Shown here one piece after another: positions 37,654 through 46,000 of a stretch of DNA of 61,862 bases; position 1 is the stretch's first letter; every line of letters starts with the position of its first letter. A model generated the notes under the pieces. It was not told the origin of the DNA and did not search any database. It saw only the letters and a list, made by a program, of their open reading frames with translations. The stretch comes from a virus. Lineage: Duplodnaviria > Caudoviricetes. The position numbers and the translations under genes were made by a program. The stretch lies in the IMG/VR virus record IMGVR_UViG_3300042937_000071, positions 1 to 61,862 of that record. One strand, given 5' to 3'.

Positions 37654-38160
37654 ATGATTGATCAATTCGATATGTTTGACGGTGAGGGCGCGTTCCTTGC
37701 AAAGATGCGCCACGACTGGAACAAGGCCATCGAGAGCGAGGGCGCCTTCTGCCCTTGCTGTGGCAAGTGGGGGAAGGTTTACAAGATTAAGTTGAGCCAG
37801 CACCTCGCGTTGTGCCTGCGCTGGATTTCAATCAACGGTGACGAGGACGGCTGGGTCGATGTGCAGAACACGGCGCCCCGGTGGATGCTCAAGAGCAAGA
37901 CCTACCCACTGCTGGAGCATTGGGCCTTGATTGATTCGCAGGCCAAGCGCTCCGGTGTGTGGCGTGCCACCCTCAAGGGTCAAGACTTCATTAACGGTGT
38001 TACCACGATGCCTTCCGCCGTTCACATTTACGATAACAAGGTGTGGGGCTTTGAATCGGAAGAGGTCTCGTTCCGCAGTTGCTTTGGTAAGCACTTTGAC
38101 TTTGACGAGATGATGTCCGACCAGTTCCGCTGGGCCAACCTACAGGAGAAAAAGAAATGA
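37654..38160 (+). CDS. Hypothetical protein, CPCC zinc motif, possibly winged helix
   Basis: CPCCG; GVWRATLKG. Confidence 0.7.
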   Translation: MIDQFDMFDGEGAFLAKMRHDWNKAIESEGAFCPCCGKWGKVYKIKLSQHLALCLRWISINGDEDGWVDVQNTAPRWMLKSKTYPLLEHWALIDSQAKRSGVWRATLKGQDFINGVTTMPSAVHIYDNKVWGFESEEVSFRSCFGKHFDFDEMMSDQFRWANLQEKKK

Positions 38161-38324
38161 CCAAACCGTATACCCCGGAAGATGTGCAGTACATCAAAGG
38201 CTTCGAGGCCGGGTGCGACTACATCGTGGCCGAGATCGAGCGGTACATCGAGGTGTACCCCAGCAAGGAGTTTGTCCTGCATGAATTGCTGGCCCACCTC
38301 AAGATGGAAGATAAGCCGCAATGA
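38157..38324 (+). CDS. Small hypothetical protein, 55 aa
   Basis: Translated by hand; AGGAG RBS; ATGA overlaps. Confidence 0.6.
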   Translation: MTKPYTPEDVQYIKGFEAGCDYIVAEIERYIEVYPSKEFVLHELLAHLKMEDKPQ

Positions 38325-38515
38325 AGCGCAGGCATCCGCTGGCATGGGTGTTTGTCAAGAAGAAAACCGCCAAGCGATTCGACAAGACCAAGATGGCGTC
38401 ATGCAGGCGTAACCACCTGCGGCGCTGGGAGATGCTGGCGCGGTTTCTTCATGTCAGGCACCGGGCGTGGCAGTACAAGCCTGCCCGCAGTTACAGGGTG
38501 AAGCGCAATGGGTGA
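38321..38515 (+). CDS. Small basic hypothetical protein
   Basis: ATGA overlap. Confidence 0.5.
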   Translation: MKRRHPLAWVFVKKKTAKRFDKTKMASCRRNHLRRWEMLARFLHVRHRAWQYKPARSYRVKRNG

Positions 38516-38574
38516 GCCAATCAAGTCTCCCTTCTGGCACATCCTTCAGCGAGAAATCGAGGCCCGGAAGGCAT

Positions 38575-38695
38575 TAGGGAAAGTCCCTACAAATAAATCT
38601 CAAAAACCTGTTGACAAGGTTTAAGACAGTGTTAAACTACCATCACTGACCGCATGGTGTGGTCAGGCAAACAAATGAAAGCGAGTTAAACCATG
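38575..38695 (+). promoter_or_regulatory. Early promoter cassette 2
   Basis: TAGGG-N5-CCCTA; TTGACA(38611)-N16-TAAACT; perfect GTTTAA-N7-TTAAAC; hairpin; GAAAGCGA. Confidence 0.8.
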
Positions 38696-39550
38696 TACCA
38701 ATATGCCCGTTCTGCAAACCAGACATCTTTCCGCTCTAACGCTCCTTTGAGCAACGAGCAAATTGCCCAGTACGCCCCAAGCGTGTTGGCTGAGACTGCC
38801 CACGAGTCCCGTGGTGAGCGTTACACCTTCATTCCTACCATCAATGTTCTTGACGGCCTGCGCAACGAAGGTTTCCAGCCTTTCGAGGTTCGTCAGACCC
38901 GCGTCAAGGATCAATCCCGTCGCGAGTTCACCAAGCACATGGTGCGTCTGCGTCACGCCACCAGCATCGAGGCCGCTGTAGGTGAAGAAGTGCCTGAGAT
39001 CGTGCTGATCAACAGCCATGACGGCTCTTCGTCCTACCAGTTGCTGGCCGGGTTCTTCCGCTTGGTTTGCTCCAACGGCCTGATCGCTGGCGACATCTGC
39101 AACGACATCCGCGTGCGTCACTCCGGCAATGTGATCGACGATGTGATCGAGGGTTCGTTCCGCGTTCTGGACAATGTCGAGGAGATCGGCTCCCGCATCG
39201 AGACCTACAAGGCCATCGAACTCAAGCCAGAAGAGCAGTCCCTGTTCGCTAATGCGGCCCTGCAATTGCGTTGGGACGACAAGGCCCCTGTTGAGGCTGA
39301 CCGCATCTTGCGTGCCCGCCGCTGGGCCGACAACAAGACCGACCTCTGGACAACCTTTAACCGGGTGCAGGAGAACATGATCAAGGGTGGTGTGGCTGGC
39401 CGCTCCGCGACTGGTCGCCGTATGTCCACCCGCGCTGTTGGCGGCGTCAATGAGAATGTCAAGTTGAACCGCGCCCTTTGGACGCTGGCTGACGGCTTGG
39501 CCCAACTCAAGCAGGGCGCCGTGGACATCGAGGAATTGGTGGCCGCGTAA
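38693..39550 (+). CDS. DUF932/DUF945-family protein
   Basis: HESRGERY, TKHMVRLR, NSHDGSSS...RLVCSNG, WTTFNRVQEN motifs. Confidence 0.85.
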   Translation: MYQYARSANQTSFRSNAPLSNEQIAQYAPSVLAETAHESRGERYTFIPTINVLDGLRNEGFQPFEVRQTRVKDQSRREFTKHMVRLRHATSIEAAVGEEVPEIVLINSHDGSSSYQLLAGFFRLVCSNGLIAGDICNDIRVRHSGNVIDDVIEGSFRVLDNVEEIGSRIETYKAIELKPEEQSLFANAALQLRWDDKAPVEADRILRARRWADNKTDLWTTFNRVQENMIKGGVAGRSATGRRMSTRAVGGVNENVKLNRALWTLADGLAQLKQGAVDIEELVAA

Positions 39551-39553
39551 GGC

Positions 39554-39576
39554 AGGGGGCTTCGGCCCCTTTTTTT
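39554..39576 (+). terminator. Intrinsic terminator
   Basis: GGGGC-TTCG-GCCCC with T7. Confidence 0.85.
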
Positions 39577-39578
39577 AT

Positions 39579-39675
39579 TAGGGAAAGCACCTATAAAAAT
39601 ACTTTGACAATGTTTAATTTTGAGTTATACTAATCTCACTGCAATAAGCAGGTAACAGCGAAGGAAAGCGAAATG
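39579..39675 (+). promoter_or_regulatory. Early promoter cassette 3
   Basis: TAGGG-N5-ACCTA; TTGACA(39604)-N16-TATACT; GTTTAA-N7-TTATAC; hairpin; GAAAGCGA. Confidence 0.8.
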
Positions 39676-39885
39676 AAAAGCACATCATGGAAAAAAGATT
39701 TTGTAGTCGTAATGCATAGTGACTACGACAACACATGGACAGACAAGACTGTCCCTTGCACTCTGACGCAGGCCGTCAAGTTTGTGTACGCCAAGCGTTG
39801 GAACCTTGCCTTGGATAAGGGCACCGTTCGCATCGTGTCCCTTGAGGAGTTCGCCCAACTCCCTCAGCCCAAGGCAGTAGCCTAA
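39673..39885 (+). CDS. Hypothetical early protein
   Basis: Follows promoter cassette 3. Confidence 0.7.
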   Translation: MKSTSWKKDFVVVMHSDYDNTWTDKTVPCTLTQAVKFVYAKRWNLALDKGTVRIVSLEEFAQLPQPKAVA

Positions 39886-39905
39886 TTCAACCCAAGGAGA
39901 TCAAC

Positions 39906-40181
39906 ATGACCCATTTCGAAACCATGGACACCATCGTCAAGCAGTTCTTTGACCACCCGGCTTTCAGCCGCCCCAATAGCCTGCTGGCCTACTGCGATTA
40001 CATCGCTCGGGTTATCAGCAAGGAACTCAAGGCCAATGACACCGAGAAGATGCTTGCCAGCGTCAGCCGCCCCCAGTACGACCTTGGCGAGGACGGCTCC
40101 TTTCAGTCGACCAAGAAGACCATCATGGTCGAGGATCGTTTCGGCAAGCAGTACCGCGTAACGGTAGAGGAGGTCAAGTGA
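39906..40181 (+). CDS. Hypothetical protein
   Basis: AAGGAG RBS. Confidence 0.75.
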   Translation: MTHFETMDTIVKQFFDHPAFSRPNSLLAYCDYIARVISKELKANDTEKMLASVSRPQYDLGEDGSFQSTKKTIMVEDRFGKQYRVTVEEVK

Positions 40182-40409
40182 GCCACACCATGCAAGCCTT
40201 CGGGATTGTGTTGGCGCTCACCCTGTTCTGGGGCGCGGTGGTTGTGATCTGCGCTCAGGAAGAACCTGCCCCGGTGATCGAGCGGCCCATCAAACAAGAG
40301 CGGGTGATCTGGGTATGAGGGGCACATCGGTTTGGCAGTTGTACTTTGTGTGGAGCGTCTTGGCTGTACTGGCGCTCTGCGTTCTGGTTCTATTCAATTG
40401 GAGATGGCA

Positions 40410-40544
40410 ATGACTAAGCAAGAGATTGACGACATGATGAAAGACCTTCCCAGCCAGCGTGGCTGGCAGGAGGAGACTCTGTTGGAAAAAATCCTCGTGG
40501 GGTTGGCATTCGTGCTGTTCGTGGTTATGATTTGTTTTATCTAA
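40410..40544 (+). CDS. Small C-terminal TM protein
   Basis: GGAG RBS before MTKQEID; hydrophobic C-terminus. Confidence 0.55.
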   Translation: MTKQEIDDMMKDLPSQRGWQEETLLEKILVGLAFVLFVVMICFI

Positions 40545-40622
40545 AAAGCGAATGTATAGCGAACAGGTAGCGAACTCAAACCGAGTCGGTTACTCAAGGG
40601 GTGGTGACCCTCTACCAACACC

Positions 40623-40655
40623 GGAGGCCCGCACACGATGCGGGTCTTCCTTTTT
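40623..40655 (+). terminator. Intrinsic terminator
   Basis: GGAGGCCCGCA / TGCGGGTCTTCC with T5. Confidence 0.75.
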
Positions 40656-40712
40656 GTGGTGGTTGTGTTAAAATCTGAGTTACAATAAACCTAATAAAAC
40701 ATTGGAGCGGCA

Positions 40713-40943
40713 ATGGCCCAGCAGAGAATTTATTTGGTCGGTACGCCCGACAACAAAGTTCGCCTGATCAAGGCATCTTTGCGCCAGCAGGCAGTGAGTC
40801 ATGTGGCAAACACTATGCTTACCGTCCGCGTGGCATCGCAGGATGATCTGGTCAAGGCACTGACAAGCGGAATCGAAATTGAGCAGTACAACGCGCCTGA
40901 ACAGCAAGAACTGATCGAACACAGCGAATCACCCGCGAACTAA
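40713..40943 (+). CDS. Hypothetical protein
   Basis: GGAG RBS; 76 aa. Confidence 0.75.
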   Translation: MAQQRIYLVGTPDNKVRLIKASLRQQAVSHVANTMLTVRVASQDDLVKALTSGIEIEQYNAPEQQELIEHSESPAN

Positions 40944-41049
40944 ACCCTCGCACGGTTACCCGGCGCCGTAAGCCCGGGACAAAACCCTAGCGTATTGAAA
41001 GCGAATCGATTACACTAAACCGCATTCACTTTCAAGGGGATTAGGGGTA

Positions 41050-41652
41050 ATGCCTGAAACTATCGCCAAGCCGCGTAAGAAGGCCACCAAGGCCGTGAAA
41101 CCCGCCAAGACAGGCGGAAGTACCAGCGCCGCCCAAAAATCCGCCCAAGCCCCCAAAAAGAACCCTATTGGCGCTCCTACCACCTACAACGAACACATCG
41201 CTTCTGTCATCTGTATACGGATAGCAGAGGGAGAGAGTCTTAGGGAGATAGTGAAGGACGCAGGGATGCCAGATAGGTCGACGGTTTACGATTGGTTGTT
41301 GCGCCACCCCTCTTTTGCCGACCAGTACGCACGCGCACGCGAAGAGCAGGCCGACACGCTGGCTGATGAAATCATCGCCATCGCTGACGAACAGCCTGAG
41401 ATCATTGCGGTGACCGACAAGAAGACGGGCGCCCTGATCGAACACAAACTGGACGGTGCCTTCTTGCAATGGCAGAAGAACCGCATCGACGCCCGCAAGT
41501 GGACGGCCATGAAACTCAAGCCCAAGAAGTACGGCGACAAGATCGCGCTGGGTGGAGACGGTGACGCGCCCCCAATCAAGACAGAGGACACCGGGTCATC
41601 CCGCCTGTTCGAGTTGATCAAGAACATGGAGATGGTAAAGCGTGCTGGCTGA
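41050..41652 (+). CDS. Terminase small subunit
   Basis: IAEGESLREI...MP..STVYDWL...YARARE...RIDARKW; upstream of TerL. Confidence 0.88.
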   Translation: MPETIAKPRKKATKAVKPAKTGGSTSAAQKSAQAPKKNPIGAPTTYNEHIASVICIRIAEGESLREIVKDAGMPDRSTVYDWLLRHPSFADQYARAREEQADTLADEIIAIADEQPEIIAVTDKKTGALIEHKLDGAFLQWQKNRIDARKWTAMKLKPKKYGDKIALGGDGDAPPIKTEDTGSSRLFELIKNMEMVKRAG

Positions 41653-43048
41653 ACACCTAGACGAAGACCTAGCCCGGGAGTTTGACGCTGAGTCTCCCGA
41701 GAATCAGATCGCCGTCTTGGCCCACGCTGAGTGGGTTGCCAGTGCCCACAGATACCAGATACCGCCTCCGCTGGAGATGGACTACCTGTGCTGGCTCATG
41801 CTGGCTGGCCGGGGAGCAGGCAAGACCCGCTCCGCCGCTGAGGCTCTATGGTGGTGGGCATGGATCACGCCCGGCGCCCGCTGTCTGGTGCTGGCCCCAA
41901 CCAGCAATGACTTAAAGTTCACCTGCTTTGACGGCCAGTCTGGATTGCTCTCTGTGATCCCGCAGGAACTGATCACCGACTACAACAAGCAAGACCATCA
42001 CATCAAGTTGATCAACGGCTCCAGCATCCGGGGCATCTCAGCCGACTCATACGAGCGCCTGCGCGGCCCTCAGTTCCACTTTGCATGGTGTGATGAGTTG
42101 GCCGCATTCCACTACATCCAAGAGGCGTGGGACATGATGATGTTCGGCCTGCGTCTGGGTGACGCGCCCAAGGTCATTGTGACGACTACGCCGCGCCCCA
42201 AGGACTTGATCCTCGACCTCGTCGGGCGCGAGGGTGACGATGTGGTGATCGACCGCGCCAGCACCTACGAGAACAAAGAGAACCTTGCCGCAACCTTCCA
42301 AAAGCAGTTGGAGCAGTACAAGGGATCGAAGTTGTACCAGCAGGAGGTTCTGGGCGAGATCGTCGACCTCGAAGACGGCAAGGTGGTTTCCCGCGATATG
42401 TTCAAACTCTGGCCCGCTGACAAGGCGTTCCCCAAGTTCGAGTACATCATCCAGTCCTACGACTGCGCCTTCACTGACAAGACCCATAACGACCCGACCG
42501 CCATGACGACATGGGGCGTGTTCAAGCCCATGGATGGCCCGATGTCCGTCCTGCTGATTGATTGCTGGGCCGAACACCTGACCTTCCCCCAACTCAAGCC
42601 CAAGGTGCTGGATGAGTGGCGTGTGTCCTATGGTGAAGGCAAGGACGCCAAGCGCCCTGACCTGATCCTCGTGGAGGACAAGGCCGCAGGCATCTCACTG
42701 GTGCAGGAACTCCGCCAGATGCACCTGCCTGTCCGCCCATGGAACCCGGGCAACGCCGACAAGATGACCCGCCTCCAGATCACTGCATCCATCTTCACGA
42801 CCGGGCGCGTCTGGTTGCCTGAGTCAGGTGTCCGCAAGGGATATGTGAAGGACTGGGCCGAAGGGTTCTTAAGCCAGTTGTGTTCGTTCCCTGACTCATC
42901 GCATGACGACTATGTCGACAGCACGACGCAAGCAATTCGATTGCTGAAGGACATCGGTTATCTCGACATCAACCCAGAGCCTCGTTATGATGATGATGAT
43001 GACTACTTTGACGCTATGCCTAAGCGCGTCAATCCATACGCGGCGTGA
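41642..43048 (+). CDS. Terminase large subunit
   Basis: Walker A AGRGAGKT, Walker B AWCDE, TTTP, nuclease motifs SYDCA and HDDYVDS. Confidence 0.95.
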   Translation: MLAEHLDEDLAREFDAESPENQIAVLAHAEWVASAHRYQIPPPLEMDYLCWLMLAGRGAGKTRSAAEALWWWAWITPGARCLVLAPTSNDLKFTCFDGQSGLLSVIPQELITDYNKQDHHIKLINGSSIRGISADSYERLRGPQFHFAWCDELAAFHYIQEAWDMMMFGLRLGDAPKVIVTTTPRPKDLILDLVGREGDDVVIDRASTYENKENLAATFQKQLEQYKGSKLYQQEVLGEIVDLEDGKVVSRDMFKLWPADKAFPKFEYIIQSYDCAFTDKTHNDPTAMTTWGVFKPMDGPMSVLLIDCWAEHLTFPQLKPKVLDEWRVSYGEGKDAKRPDLILVEDKAAGISLVQELRQMHLPVRPWNPGNADKMTRLQITASIFTTGRVWLPESGVRKGYVKDWAEGFLSQLCSFPDSSHDDYVDSTTQAIRLLKDIGYLDINPEPRYDDDDDYFDAMPKRVNPYAA

Positions 43049-43059
43049 AGGGATAAAAC

Positions 43060-46000
43060 ATGGCGGACTACAAAAAGGCTGGTAAGAAATTCGCTGAGGC
43101 GTTTGCCAAAGCGGGGCAAGAGGCCGAGGCCGCAATGGCCGCACAGAAAGCCGCAGAAGACGCTCCCAAGATGGAGGCCATCCTCAAGTCTAAGCAAGCG
43201 CCAGCAACCACACCGAAGGGCACTGGCCTGCCATTGATGCCGCGTGACCAAGGGATGTACACGCCCGGCGTTGAGCAGAAAGACCTGCCTCGGATGCCGA
43301 TGGTTGACAAGGCCCGCGCTGAAGGTAAGTCGCCTAAGTACACGCCCCGGATGCAAGACCTACTTGACAGCCCGACCGCACGCAAGAAGGTCAACACGCT
43401 GATCGAGAAGGGTCAAGACCTCGGCATGACCGAGTGGTACGGCACCGAGCCGCTCAGACAGGTCGCCATGGACATTGGCATGAGCCAGAAGGAGTTCGAT
43501 ACCTTCCTCGCCCAGATGGCCTCAGCGTCACAGCGCAACCCGGTCGACCAGCAGAACAAGATGGGCAGTTACCTCTGGCACCTGAGCCAGACAGGCCAAT
43601 TGCCTGATGACGCATTCCTACTGACGAACAAGATCAAGAAGGGCAAGGAGGCCGCGCCCAAAGGCACTGCCATTGAGTTGCCGCCCGGCTATGGATCGCT
43701 GGCGCAGGGTGACATCTTCTCCCGGGGTAAGCAGATCGCCGCTGGTGACATTGAGGGCGCCCTACCTCCGGACAAGAAGTTGGGCACCTTCTACCGCAAC
43801 TACCAAGGCAACCTCAAGCCTGTGACTGTGGATGTCAACGCAGTGCGTGGCCCGATCATCGAGCGCGGTGATCCCCGCTGGCTGGCGTCTAAGTTGGTCG
43901 AGAAGGACGAAGAGGGCAATGTGATTGCGACTCACTTCCCCCGTAAGGATGTCGAGTCGGGCAAGATGAGCATGAAGCAGGCAAAGGAGCGCCCCGGTTT
44001 CTGGGAAGCCGCCCCCTCCGGTTCAGAGTATGCAGGCTTCGAAGACTTGTGGCAACGCGCCGCTAAACGCTATGGCATCAGTCCGGCAGAAGCGCAGGCC
44101 CTAGGTTGGTACGGCTCCGCTGATGTGACCGCACTCAAGACCAAGCCAGAACTCTACATCGACAACCTTGAGCGCATGATTCGACGCACTGCCGAGCAGA
44201 CGGGTGAGAACCCACGCAAGGTGATGGAGGATGTCCTGCGTGGCAAGAACTACCTCAAGAAGGACGGCGGCAATGTGAGTAAGGGTGATTATCAGGCCCG
44301 CCTCGATGCCATGCTGTCCAAGGCCACCGGGATGGCTGAAGGTGGATCGGTTGACGGCTACCAGAAGCGTCTGGACGCAATGCTTGCCAAGCACATGGGC
44401 ATGGCCGACGGTGGCGTGATCGACAATATGTCGCCCGACATCAGTGACAGTGGGGCAATGAACTACGGCGGTGAGTATGCTGATGGTGGCGCCGCATTCA
44501 AGAAGTTGCCCATGAATGCCGCAGGCGGAGAGATCAAGCCGATGCCATGGAAGGCCGCAGGTGGTGGCTGGGCCAAGGCCGCAAAGGCGATCCAGAAGGC
44601 CGCAACTGAGGCTGGTGCGGCTAAGGCGCCCCAGACCGCTGAGAAAGACCTGACGACCGTTCAAGACTTCCACACCTCTTTGATGGATAGTGTCCGCGCC
44701 CGAGCGCTTGAGGCACAAAAGCAGATGGACTCGTGGGAGTACAAGTACAAGCCCGGCCAGTATGTGTTCACTGAGCATGGCGCCAAGAACAACCTGCCTC
44801 CGCTCAAGATTCTGGAGAAGTCTCGCCATGGCTGGAACATCGTGCGCGAAGACCCCAACAATCCATTGAGCAAAAAGGTGATTGACCCAGAGACTGGCAA
44901 AGCCAAGCGCACACCCTACGAACCCGGCTATCGTGTCCGTCGCGAGATTGGTGACGACTGGTCTGAGTTCATCATCCCTGAGTCAATAATCAAGGGCGAT
45001 GTTGAAATGGCCCAAGGCGGAGAGATCAAGAGCCTGCCGTGGAAAGCCAAGCAAGGCGGAATTGCCAAGTTCGACGGTGGCGGCATGGCCGTGCAGTCGC
45101 CGGAAGAGGGCCTCACAATGCCATCCGATGGGCCAAGCAAGACACGCCTGATGGCAGAGATTCTGGCCCGCATGGCAAAGGAACAAGGCAAGGAAGAAGT
45201 GGCCTCCCTAAAAAAGCCCCGCGCCCTTACTGACCTAGTGAACCGGGGAATGATTGCCCCGCTGGTTGGTGCCCCAGTTGACATCATCAACATGGGGTTG
45301 GAGGGCGTCGACGCTCTGCGTGATTTAGCGAGTGGTAAGCGAGTCGAAAACCGATTGGCTTCTGAGAAACCTGTGGGTGGATCAGAGCAACTCAAAGACC
45401 TGATGAACCGTTTCAATGTGACGAGCGGTGAAGACCGTCCCATGATGGAGACGGGCCTGTCGTTGGTCTCTCCTGCTGGCGCAGTCAAGGGTGTAGCCAA
45501 GACCGGGCAGAAAGCAACGAGCGCCGCTGGAAAGTTCAACACAGAGTTAAACAAGTCTGGTACACTGTCCGTTCCCCTCACTGAGGCAAAGACGGCTACG
45601 ACCGGGACACCACAAGGAGCAAAGTATGCAACCAAGCAAGAAGGGCCTTACTTCAGAGTCAGGCCAACCGCCATTGAGCCGGGCAAGGCAAAAGGTAGCG
45701 GAACTAGAGAAACGACTGGGCTACCAAGCGAAGGGCCTGTCGGACAAGGATCGGGAGAAACTGGACTCGGACTTCCGCAACGCTATTCGCCGGAAGAAGT
45801 GGATCGAATAGTCGCTGACCCGAATCTTAACGAACCGCTTCGCATTGCCCAGCAGTACACCAAAGAGAACCTTGGCACCGACTTCGTCGCGCCCGACATT
45901 CCTTCGAGCAGTCTCGCCAAGCAGAGCGCGATTGCCCGCACGCATGAACTTGCGCTGACCGACAGCCCTGAGTACAAAGACGCTGTCTTCGGCGCCTATG

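Noticed and set aside
38663-39505. 280-aa minus-strand ORF (also 48316-49053, 44101-44829, 4930-5667)
   Set aside because: Antisense shadows of well-supported plus-strand genes, with no recognisable motifs
40545-41049. tRNA genes in structured intergenic DNA
   Set aside because: No cloverleaf or T-loop consensus recognisable
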